Below are positions 52,536-64,000 of a stretch of 64,000 bases of DNA, one piece after another (position 1 is the first letter of the stretch; each line of letters starts with the position of its first letter). The DNA is taken from positions 116,312,001 to 116,376,000 of the forward strand of contig NC_043003.1 in assembly GCF_006345805.1 (NCBI RefSeq). The letters are read 5' to 3'. The notes under the pieces are model-generated. The model did not search any database and was not told the DNA's origin. It saw only the letters and a list, made by a program, of their open reading frames with translations. This DNA is from Octopus sinensis. Lineage: Eukaryota. The position numbers and the translations under genes are program-made.

Positions 52536-54127
52536 CAAAATTTCCACTGCCTTTTTCATTCCTAAAATTGCAAGCTGGTATAAAGCAGGCAGTCTGAATT
52601 GATATATCCAAAGCGTTCCAAATTTTAAATACCTAATATATGATAACGGCTTTACTAATATTTCAGAAAAGAAGACGATAGATAAAACTAATGTATTTAA
52701 CTAAATAGCTTTATTTATTTTCCCTCTGTCTCATAATTGCCAACATGAATTATTTTTGTAGAAACATATCATGTGCTTGGATATGGAATGCTATCGTAAC
52801 TGAATTAAACGTTAAATATATTTAGCATAATTTCTTCTATTCACGCACGATATTTTTTTCAAGGTGTTTGTACTTTCGCATGAATTTAATCAATTTTTGA
52901 AATGATCTACAAATATAAGATTTACAGAAGCATTTGATGATTTCAGCAATGTAACGAGATTTTGATATAGGATAAATATATACCTAATATAATCACTCTT
53001 TATATCCAAGCTTCATCTCATGTGATCAACTTTCTTTCATCTTTCTGATTCAATATTTTTGTGACCTGAATTGATGAAATTGAGTGAATGCGAAAATTTT
53101 ATAATTTTCAGCATGCACATAAACCAAACCCAGCCTCTATGATGTAGACTAATATGATTATTTAATAGGACCTATTGATAAAAATACTCATTTAGGAATT
53201 GTTAAAACTCAACCAGATGTCACAATACGAACAGGAATTCCATGATCGCAGACAGAAATTCTGTTAAATTCTTTTACAGTTTAAACTGTCATATTGTGAT
53301 TAACCAACGATACAAATGTAGGACAAAGATATTCATGGAGAAGTTATGAATAGAAATCGAATCATACTTTTAAAGATAAAAGAAAAACAAAACGCTGCAC
53401 TTTACGAGTTGCCGCTTTCTTAGTAGATCAAAATCACTCAAGAGATTTAACCAATTTTGTACCATTTCTTCTGCATAATCATTGATGAAAACCTAATATT
53501 TTACAGCTCCAATTTTTCATAAGATGTCTATCACAAAGAAACCTTCACTTACGATACAATGTGCCACAGGAAAATATATATCGTAGCCATTAAATTTGTG
53601 TGTTTGCAATGACGTTCTCAATGCTGTCGTCGGCAGAGAAAATGGCGTTATATAGTGTTTCTTACAGGCAATATAATGTTTTATCTGTCGAGTATTATTT
53701 CCATGATGCTGAATATCATGAAATAAAGTCTGCCCATATTGCATGTCTTTACTCAGAAGTAATCATCCTTTCGAATTGGCGAGTTGCTAGGACCTAAGTG
53801 GAGTCGATTCATATACCAATATATATATATATGATAGGTTTATTTTAGTTTATATATTGTTTATATATTGATTATATATGGATTATATATAGGTTATATA
53901 TAGATTATATATTTATATTTTTTCATTAATACTTAAATTATTTTAAAATTATTATTTTTATATTTTAAAATATTGATATTTTAGATTGGAAGTCCACCTG
54001 AAGATTGTCGATCAGGACAAGAAACAATTGTAGTGGCGGTTTTTTTTACTTTTTATTAAAATTTTATGTATTGATTAAGTATTTCCTTGTTTGTTTTGCA
54101 AAATAGTGGTTTTGTCTCTAATAATAT

Positions 54128-54161
<34 letters not shown>

Positions 54162-55156
54162 CATATGTGTCTGTATACACACACACATACCACGTGTCTA
54201 TATATATATATATATATATATGGATGGAGAAAGCCCCTCTCCTTCGATTGAGATGAAATCGTCGTACGGAGGAAGATTATCGACGAGTCAAGGAATATGG
54301 ATTTCAAATGACCTGTCGACCTTCCTTATCACCAACAAGGAAAGATGCAAAGTATATATATATATATATATACTACTTGCTAATAAGTACATTTTAATTG
54401 AAAGGGAAGAATTAAATGAAGATGTTTCGCATCATCTCACAGTTCCAGGGAATATTACATATTCGTGTATATTTTATATTTAAATGAAACATGTGTCTCT
54501 CCCTGGTGGAAAATTATTACAAGGGAGACAATCATTTCTGCAACATATTTCGTAGATAAGAAATATGAGTATGAAATTAGGAAGATTTATCACATTTTAG
54601 CTTTGTTCTCTTATTAATAGATTCTTATAATTCCTCGAGAGTGGTAATCATGTTTAACACTGTTTCATTCTTTATAAAAATCTTCATCATGATAAATAAT
54701 TTTAGGCAGGAAGAAATTAATAAAAATCTGTGGTTTTCTATTTTTCTTTCTATCATTTTTTTACACATAGCGTCAATAGTTAACCACTGAAAAAAGACAG
54801 AGAAAGCTCTTAATTTTTACAAGCAGTTACACTGTTTCCAATGCTGTCTACCTTTTAAAAGTATCTTAAAGTAGTTAATATTATCACTTTTAACTACAAT
54901 ATTCTCGGACCGTTTAACTTGTGCTCTTTGAATTGTAGATAAAGATTTCTAGCATTTATTTCAAAGTAGTAACCCTTCGTTATGAAGTGGAAGAGGCATC
55001 TCTTCGTAAACATATCACGTTGACGTTCGTCAACAGTTTAAATGCATTGACTCCAATTCACATCCAGAGATTTTCAGTGTCTTCCTCCTACTGTGCAGTT
55101 ATTACTAGGGAGATAATCATTTCTGTCGCTTTGGTCAAGGCAAGAGCTCAGATTAG

Positions 55157-55414
55157 ATTCAATTCAATTCAATTCAATTTTCATTGGTTCAAAAAGCAAA
55201 AGCAAGGCCATATAGGGGGACAGGGAGTTATGTACAGGGAGTGTGGTCATACAAAGAGTTCAGGCCATTTCTGGTCAAGAGAGACTTTGAAACGAACGTT
55301 CGTCGGCATCTTCACTATCTCGTCCGGCAGCTTATTCCACGGATCCACAACACGGACGGAGAAAGCCCCTCTCCTTCGATTGAGATGAAATCGTCGTAGA
55401 TAGAGCTTTTCGGA
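55157..55414 (-). mobile_element. CR1-type LINE 3' fragment with (GAATT)n tail
   Basis: Minus translation SEKLYLRRFHLNRRRGAFSVRVVDPWNKLPDE matches the end of the 32190 LINE. Confidence 0.85.
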
Positions 55415-55589
55415 GATAAACGGAGGAAGATTATCGACGAGGCAAGGAATATGGATTTCAAATGACCTGTCGACCTTCCTTATCACCAACGAGGAAAGAT
55501 GGAAATACCTTGTAATATATAAGTATAAGCCATATTTTGGTGCTGTCTGTAGAGCTAGAGTGACAAAAGAATACTTCTGCAATGTTAAG

Positions 55590-56320
55590 ATTCAGTAAAA
55601 TTTAGTAGTGCTAGTGCTGGCACCAAAATTTCAAAGATTATGTTGGAAAGGTGGAAGACCTCGCAACTTGGACATCAAAACTACAAAATACTAACAATGA
55701 TTCGTAAATTTCACATCACCAGTGACACTGATAAGATATATTTCAAAAGAAGAGATGGAGGTAAAGACATTAGATCAGGCCAGACAGATTTTAAGTACCA
55801 CATTGTGTCACTAAGACAACATATATTGAAAGGTAAAAGGAGAAACGAGTTGACCGAATGTATAGTGAAGATTACATTGTATGATTACGCGAATAATTCT
55901 TGAGCAAGTTCACAGCTGCTATATATGAACAAAAGTGTGAGAAATACCTCCCATGCAGCAGAGAATAGTTACGCATAGACTCATAATTCTCAAGCTTGAG
56001 AGTGTCAATAACTTTCATAAGGATACGGTCCTTTCCTGCACCTCTATCTGGTACATCTCATTTTATGTAGAATTCTATTCCTTCGCAATCTCAGAATACG
56101 AGACAGGCATTAAATACCGGATCACCAAAAGCGATGCAGATGCTGCTTCGAAAGATCTGCATTATTATAGAAAGAGTCGATTATACCTGCCAAATATGTA
56201 TCCGCAAGACAATACTTTCCCATGTCACATGACATTGTCGCTAAGACGTTCAATAATGTTGCACTCAAATAGGATTGTCTGAGAGTCCCACCAAAGAACT
56301 TCAGAAACAGCAGTCGCAAG
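55590..56320 (+). mobile_element. degenerate RLE-type LINE fragment
   Basis: KILTM…FH..SDTD.IY.KRRDGG (R4-type RT thumb); later FAISE.E…KY and PMSHD.VAK resemble the 51306 family. Confidence 0.6.
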
Positions 56321-57030
56321 GAAGTAGGCCAGAGGCATTTCCGTTTAGATGGGTCTCACCAATACCCTGCACGCATAACCAATTATATGCCTCGATGAAA
56401 CACCTCACCTCCGATAAAACACTTCTAGGCATGACACTGGCTGTGAGTACAAGTCATTGATAAGACCCAGCTACAGCGAAAAGCAAGTGACCTATTAGAT
56501 AGCGGATGCGAGGATGATGGTTTCGTCTCATTCCAATATATATGATGCTTTTAAAGAAATAACGACCACAAGTGATGTTATCTCTGGATGAAAACTGAAT
56601 TAAGTTGCACTTCAACGTTGTATTTACTTTATGTGTAATACATAGATGAATATTTTGATCTAACACAAACGGATTCTACTTTGTGGTACATGCACACACA
56701 CGCACACACAGAGACATATACCCCTCCTCCTCTGTCCCGTCGCTGGTCAGCGATGAGAAAACTACTGTCTTTCTGACCTCGCTTCCTTCGAGTGTAAACG
56801 GCTTTTCTGTGCCTCCTTCGCCGTTCCCCCAAAAAAGCGTTCGTAATATTTTCTTTCGTTTGGCTTAACAACTCTCCTTGTCTGTGTTACTGTTATTCTC
56901 CATGTTCTGTCTTTTACTGTTTATATTTTGCACTGTCTTTACTGTCCTGTTTTTGTTACCATTTTACTCCTCCGCCAAAAAATCTCAAATTTTATTTAAT
57001 TTGCTTTTTGCGGGAAGGAATGTTTCACCC

Positions 57031-57105
57031 ATGTTGCGTCTCGCCTTTACCTTCGAAACGCGGAGTAGATGAAACAGAGGCGACTGAAGAAGGGGAATTT
57101 TCATC
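57031..57105 (+). ncRNA. candidate non-circularly permuted (strand-swapped) hammerhead ribozyme
   Basis: Intact GTC (57038-40), GAAAC (57055-59) and CTGAAGA (57084-90). Stem I 57041-48/57076-83 (8 bp), stem III 57031-39/57058-66 (8 of 9), stem II 57051-54/57092-95, extra helix 57068-74/57099-105. Confidence 0.7.
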
Positions 57106-57949
57106 GTGTTCTATGTCCCGTACTCTATTTTTTCGTTGTTTAAGAAAAATGTCCATTTCCTTGGTTTTGTGTTTATGTTTTCGTTTCTCATTGTGTTCGA
57201 CGTTTGTTTGTTGTTCTGTATATATACACGTAGATATATGTACACGTACATATGTATATATGTATATATGTATATATGTATATGTGTATATATGTATATA
57301 TATACACGTACATATATGTATGCATATATGCATATGTTTTATTTATTAATTTGTTTATATATATATATATATTATATATATATAAATATATATATATAAA
57401 GAGAGAGATAGGGGGAGAGATACATATGCATATACACATATATACATTCAGACATTCATACATACATAAACACACACATATTTATATTCATTCTAATGCA
57501 TGCACACAGATATATGGCTGAAAAGTGATATTTAGAAACATAGATATGTTGTTATATATGCATCATATATTAATTCAAAATTGTACACAAGTATATGATT
57601 TAATATGACTATTGCTGTTATAGAAAATGGCGCAGTGTATAATGTCACACGCATATAACGTAAACATTACATACATTTCTGTGAAAACATGTTTAGATAC
57701 ACGGACACCTGCATTCACCCACACACAATCACATTCAAACACATATACCCACAAAAAAATTGATTAAAGAAGAAATGTTTTTCTGAATATCCATACGATT
57801 ATAATTTAATTGAAATAACCTACTAAATATAGATATATTTTAGTGGACAAAACAATTGTATGTAATCAATATATTTATTGAATACCACTCTCGTCACTAA
57901 ATATGAGTTCCTAAATAAATTCCATAGAACTATTCAGCTACTTACGTAG

Positions 57950-57951
57950 CG

Positions 57952-58008
<57 letters not shown>

Positions 58009-58063
58009 TAGTGGTGTAGTAGTAGTAGTAGTGGTGGTGGTGGTGGTGGTGGTGGTGGCGGCG

Positions 58064-58127
<64 letters not shown>

Positions 58128-58145
58128 CAGCAGAAGCAGTAGCGG
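57950..58145. repeat. compound (TAG)n/(TGG)n microsatellite
   Basis: Direct inspection. Confidence 0.95.
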
Positions 58146-58260
58146 CGGCCAATCAATATTGACTATCGAAATTGTAAATATCTTCGACTTTGGTCTTTTT
58201 GATTTAGATTACTCTTCAAAGTATGTAAAAGTACACCAAGAGACAGACAAAAGAATGTAT

Positions 58261-58294
<34 letters not shown>

Positions 58295-58812
58295 TCACAG
58301 ATATATTTAATCACACACAAACATGTAGCTATGCATATATAAACACACATACACACACAAACACACACACGCATACACAGGCAAACACATATATACACAT
58401 ATATACACATATGTATTTATAAAACTATAAAACATATAATTATTAAAAGGTAGCGATGCTGACCGATATTCTTCTGCATACAAACACAGACACACACACA
58501 CACATACACACACACGCACATTTATGTATCTATGTCTGCCTGCCTGTTTGTCTGTCTGTCTATGTATGTATATTTGCGAAGTAATACGATGAATGCTGAT
58601 AAAAAGTAATGGTGATGTCAAATTTCGATTCGAAATTCTATTTAGTGAACCGACAATGAGTTCGTGATTCTTTATAATAAAACACAATTCTATTCACTGG
58701 CTTTAAATGTGGAGATTTCTGAAACTGGTTCTACATAATACATTCTGGATTTTTTTTTTCGTAAAAAATAGTAATTCCGTAGTTTTATACTGGATATGTG
58801 TGTTTGTGTATA

Positions 58813-58852
<40 letters not shown>

Positions 58853-59364
58853 TAATAAATAAAATATATGCATCCATACAAACATAAATGTACGTACATA
58901 CATCTACATGTATATATACATGCATATATAACTATATATACGTGAGTACAGGACATATATATATATATATATATGAGTGTGTGTGTGTAAATGTATACAA
59001 GTGAGTGTGTGTGCGTGTTTGTGTGTGTGTGTGTTGTGTATGCGTTTTTATATAAACGTACGCATACAGACTCAGACATACACACCTGAAATTTATGTGA
59101 ATAGATACAATGATAGAATAAATTCGAACCCGAAGTTCTGTAATTCTCCTACATCCCTGAATATAAATAAATATGTATGTATGTATGCTTACACACATAC
59201 TTTTAGATATATATATATATAAAACATTGGTTTGTGCCTTGATGGATAATTCAGTTAAAATAGCCGTCTATGAAACATAGTTAATACGTACAAACCATTG
59301 ACAGGCGAGCTACTGGTGGTTTTGTCCGAGATAAAATCTCGTACTATGTTTGTGAAGAACGGAT

Positions 59365-59617
59365 TATATATATAAATCATGATAATCATCATCATCATCG
59401 TCATGATCATCACCACCACCACCATCATCATCATCATCACCATCATCATCGTCGTCATCATCATCATCATCATCATCATCTTCATCATCGCCATCATCAT
59501 CATCGTCATCACCATCATCATCATCACCATCACCATCATCATCATCATCATCAGCATCATCATCATCATATTCATCATCATATTCATCATCATCATCATC
59601 GTCGTCATCACCATCAC

Positions 59618-59654
<37 letters not shown>

Positions 59655-59677
59655 GTCGTCGTCGTCATCCTCATCAC

Positions 59678-59709
<32 letters not shown>

Positions 59710-59746
59710 CCATCATCATCACCACCACCATCATCATCATCACCAC

Positions 59747-59797
<51 letters not shown>

Positions 59798-60079
59798 ATT
59801 CATCATCATCATCATCATCGTCATCATCATCACCATCATCATCATCACCATCACCATCATCATCACCACCACCATCATCATCATCATCACCATCACCATC
59901 ATCACAACCACCACCATCATCATCATCATCATCATCATCATCACCATCATCATTCATCATCATCATCATCATCACCACCATCATCACCATCATCATCAAC
60001 ATCCACCATCATCATCATCATCATCAGCATCATCATCATCACCACCATCATCATCATTCATCCATCATCATCATCCCAT

Positions 60080-60111
<32 letters not shown>

Positions 60112-60183
60112 AATCGTGCGTCTCATCCCATCACCATCATCATCATCATCATCATCATCATCACCATCATCATCACCATCATC

Positions 60184-60214
<31 letters not shown>

Positions 60215-60232
60215 CCATCATCATCATCATCC

Positions 60233-60283
<51 letters not shown>

Positions 60284-60302
60284 CCATCACCATCACCATC
60301 AC

Positions 60303-60379
<77 letters not shown>

Positions 60380-60430
60380 ATCCTCATCACCATCATCATC
60401 ATCAATCATCATCATCATCATCAATCATCA

Positions 60431-60465
<35 letters not shown>

Positions 60466-60483
60466 CCATCATCATCACCTCTC

Positions 60484-60515
<32 letters not shown>

Positions 60516-60599
60516 CATCATCATCACCATCACCATCACCATCATCATCACCACCACCATCATCATCATCACCACCACCATCATCATCACCATCACCAT

Positions 60600-60643
<44 letters not shown>

Positions 60644-60663
60644 CCATCATCATCACCATCATC

Positions 60664-60695
<32 letters not shown>

Positions 60696-60806
60696 CATCA
60701 TCATCACCATCACCATCACCATCACCATCATCATCACCACCACCATCATCATCATCACCACCACCATCATCATCATCACCACCACCATCATCATCACCAT
60801 CACCAT

Positions 60807-60859
<53 letters not shown>

Positions 60860-60868
60860 CCATCCTCA
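59365..60868. repeat. ~1.5-kb degenerate (ATC)n/(ACC)n microsatellite
   Basis: Direct inspection; source of the poly-D/H/S/M ORFs. Confidence 0.95.
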
Positions 60869-61367
60869 TAATCGTCAGGTCAGTCTTCCTTGGTTTCCCT
60901 TGACCCTGCTATTCTTTTTTTGCTTTATATGGATGAAGGAATTTCACGCTGTGACATTTGTCATATGTGCACAGATCGATGCATACATTGACGTGCAACA
61001 AATGCACCTACAACCACGTCGACGTGTCCAATGATCGCGATGCTCCTTACATCTGTATCATTGTCCAGTAAAACGATGTTTTCTTTCTTAAATGATATTT
61101 ATACTTTAGGAAATTTATTTTATAATCATTCTATTGTTAGTGCATCCATTCTTGTACATATTCAAAATGACAGGAAGTACTCACGCGTTGGCGCTATCCC
61201 CGCTAATTTTTTAAAGTTTCTTTGGTTAATATCGAGGTCGAAGATCCATAATGTAACATTTTCCGCTAAGAAGTTCCTTTTTAGATTCTCTGAGAACTTA
61301 GTGTTCCGACTTTTAAATGGTGCTAAATCATGGCTAGTACGTAGCTAGTTTATAGCTTAATATCCGT

Positions 61368-61757
61368 GGAGGCGCAATGGCCCAGTGGTTAGGGCAGCGA
61401 ACTCGCGGTCATAGGATCGCGGTTTCGATTCCCAGATCGGGCGTTGTGAGTGTTTATTGAGCGAAAACACCTAAAGCTCCACGAGCCTCCGGCAGGAGAT
61501 GGTGGTGATCCCTGCTGTACTCTTTCACCACAACTTTCTCTCACTCTTACTTCCTGTTTCTGTTGTACCTGTATTTCAAAGGGCCGGCCTTGTCACTCTC
61601 TGTGTCATGCTGAATATCCCCGAGAACTACGTTAAGGGTACACGTGTCTGTGGAGTGCTCAGCCACTTACACGTTAATTTCACGAGCAGGCTGTTCCGTT
61701 GATTCGGATCAACCGGAACCCTCGTCGTCGTAACAGACGGAGTGCTTCCCCCCATCC
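61368..61757 (+). mobile_element. tRNA-derived SINE family D (head shared with family C) with 16-bp TSD
   Basis: ATAGCTTAATATCCGT at 61352-61367 and 61758-61773; GGCCCAGTGG A-box, GGTTTCGATTCC B-box. Confidence 0.9.
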
Positions 61758-62187
61758 ATAGCTTAATATCCGTATCTGCAAAAACAATGCTGCTCTCGAC
61801 TCATGGATAAGAATTTACTGCTTTTATTAAGATACCTAAAGAATTTGGCGATTAAACATCGCATTATATGTTGTAACACATGAATTTCGATTTTCTAGCA
61901 TTTTAGTTAGAGAACAAGACATCTCGACAACAAATTAGGATTGTTACTTTCACAATCATAGCTGAGCAGGGGATTAAATTTAATAAATCTGCATCTATTA
62001 TTTTAGAGTCTGTACACGTACATTCCCTAGAATCGGCCACTCGTGTCTCGCACAGAATTAATGTTATTTTTTTTTTACATTAACAGAAACTGAAGCTATG
62101 ATATGTATGTGATTACGTATTACGTATGTATGTGTACATGCATGTATCTATGTACGTATGTATTATGTATATATGCATGTGTCTATA

Positions 62188-62400
62188 TAGGGAGAGTTTA
62201 CGAAAAAAAAACAAAAGATGAAGACAGGTGGTGTACAAAACAAACAGATGTATTAGTATTACGCTCAGAAATTAAAAAAGTCTTTTACGTTTCGAGCCGA
62301 CGCTTTTCTACAGAAAGGGACACAGAAAAAACAAGGAGAGAAACAAGGAGAGAAAAAAATGTGTGTAGTGGCTGACGATCTATCATGGCGGTCATTATTA
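62188..62400 (-). mobile_element. short repeat with hammerhead-like motif (CTGTAGA core) at 62282-62317
   Basis: Minus strand cttt-CTGTAGA-a-aagc gtcg gctc-GAAAC-GTA-aaag; homolog of 43905. Confidence 0.65.
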
Positions 62401-62769
62401 ATTTTTTCAATATTTCTTGTCAGTAGAGAAAGAGCCAGTTTCTGAACTGGGCCCAAGTCTCCTTCATTGGAATTTCAAAAACACCCAACAAGGTATTTTT
62501 GTATGTATGTATGTATGTATGTATGTATGTATGTATGTATGTATGTATGTATGTATGTATAGGTTCGTGTGTATGTGTGCAGATTTGTATGTTTTGTTTT
62601 ATCTATGTATTCTCAAGCACATAGCTGCATGTCTAGACATTCTTATATATACTTGCTTAAATGATAAACTTCTAGAAAGTTTTACAGATTGTGAAGCAGT
62701 CCCAGTGCTGGCTTGGATCTGTCGTCTTCGAATCAGTTTTCTCTTTTCTGAACCTAATTTCTCAAAATT

Positions 62770-63790
62770 ACTATTTAGGCAGAGTGTTAACTATCCCAGT
62801 GCCACAATAATTACATGTATAAAGCTGTACTTGTAATCTGGATAGAGTGACTGCAGATTTCTCAGTAGTTTACCGTAGGTATTTTCTTTTTCACTGATCT
62901 TTAGCTTTATGTTAACATCTGCTGGGCAGCTGATTTCCTCGACTGTACACAGTTTCTCTTTTCTATCCCAAATCCTTATATCAGATCTTCTACGTTTATA
63001 TTTTATTCCGCTTGTCCCTGGTATATCCCACCAGTATTCCCTATTATTATAAGTGGCTATGCCATCTACCATACTGTACGTTCTTATTAATTTCGCCTCG
63101 GGTTTAGCCTCCCGACGGATCTCATTGTAGTGTCCTAGCTACTACACCATGTCTCATCAGTATGTTTGTTGTTTGTTCCTTCTCGAGCCATGCCTGGCTC
63201 ATAAGGGCCGGTTTCCCGGTTTCTTGGCGTATAGGTTCCCCACGTGGACGGGACGCCTGTCCGTCGCAGGTGAGCTGCAAGATGCAGGAGGAAAGAGTGA
63301 GGGAAAGTTGTGGCGAAAGAGTCAGCAGATGTTTCGCCATTACCTTCTGCCGGAGCCGCGTGGAGCTTAGGTGTTTTCGCTCATAAACACACACATCGCC
63401 CGGTCTCAGATTCGAACCCGCTATCCCTCGACCGCGAGTCCGCTGCTCTAACCACTAGGCCATGTGCCTCCACAACTCATCAGTATATAATACCGTGATG
63501 ACAATTTCGGAAAACTGCTTATGAGGTGTCATATCTTCGGTGTTAATCCCACAAAGCCTGCATCGGTTGTCACATTTTACTGCTTTCCCTGCATCTCTTT
63601 TGTGCACCAGGTATTTGGTTGATATTTCTTATTCCTTGATTGCAAATACATACCGTTCAAAGTGGGAGTTAGTAATACGGTTGTTGGTCCTTGATAGACT
63701 GCTTTGACGACCGATGTTACAATCATTCCGGACCTTTCTGCTAACATATTCATGCACGTTGTCCTGCTGCTATACGCCCATCCTTTCATC
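62770..63790 (-). mobile_element. RLE-type LINE fragment (third family) split by a SINE
   Basis: EYWWD…K..RSDI.IWDR.EKLC.V.EISCPAD.NI..KISEKE..Y..L…L…Y…VI.VALG (PD…D…K-type nuclease). Confidence 0.8.
63164..63475 (-). mobile_element. SINE family C with 11-bp TSD
   Basis: CTCATCAGTAT at 63153-63163 and 63476-63486. Confidence 0.9.
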
Positions 63791-63809
63791 TGATGGTGTA
63801 TGTATGTAT

Positions 63810-64000
63810 GTGACAACGTGACCACGTGACTGACCAGGCTATCAGATGTTGCGACCCATCGCTGGTCACAATGCGCTTCACATTGTTTTAGCCTTCAAAT
63901 GACGCCACCTCGCTGGATAAGCGAGCAGGCCAACAGAAGGAAGAGTGAGAGAAAGTTGCGGCGAAAGAGTACAGCAGGGATCGCCACCCCCCCCTGCCGG
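63810..64000 (-). mobile_element. family C/D-related SINE, cut by window end
   Basis: Minus strand CCGGCAGGGGG…GATCCCTGCTGTACTCTTTCGCC.CAACTTTCTCTCACTCTT matches 61490-61550. Confidence 0.7.

Overview
AT-rich, repeat-saturated eukaryotic genomic DNA, most likely an octopod cephalopod. That assignment is an inference from the tRNA-derived SINE families and the extreme microsatellite density; it was not checked against a database. No host protein-coding gene can be supported, and almost all long ORFs in the track are microsatellite artefacts. The window holds four tRNA-derived SINE families (one recurring as head-less ~184-bp tandem multimers), CR1-type, L1/Tx1-type and R4/Dong-type (RLE) LINE fragments, mariner relics and MITEs, Helentron-type non-autonomous elements, and a 5'-truncated Penelope-like element (RT thumb + GIY-YIG) with inverted pseudo-LTRs. 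The main signal not explained by ORFs is a dense, diverse set of hammerhead ribozyme (HHR) motifs in short microsatellite-associated repeats (about eight apparently unrelated families). These include minimal dimer-type type I HHRs, core variants (U3-A8, U3, C4, U6), a retrozyme-like circularly permuted insertion with a 14-bp TSD, a ~700-bp two-ribozyme palindrome broken by a LINE, and at 57031-57105 a hammerhead whose three strands are in a non-circularly permuted (swapped) order. All RNA folds were read by eye, and none is experimentally verified.
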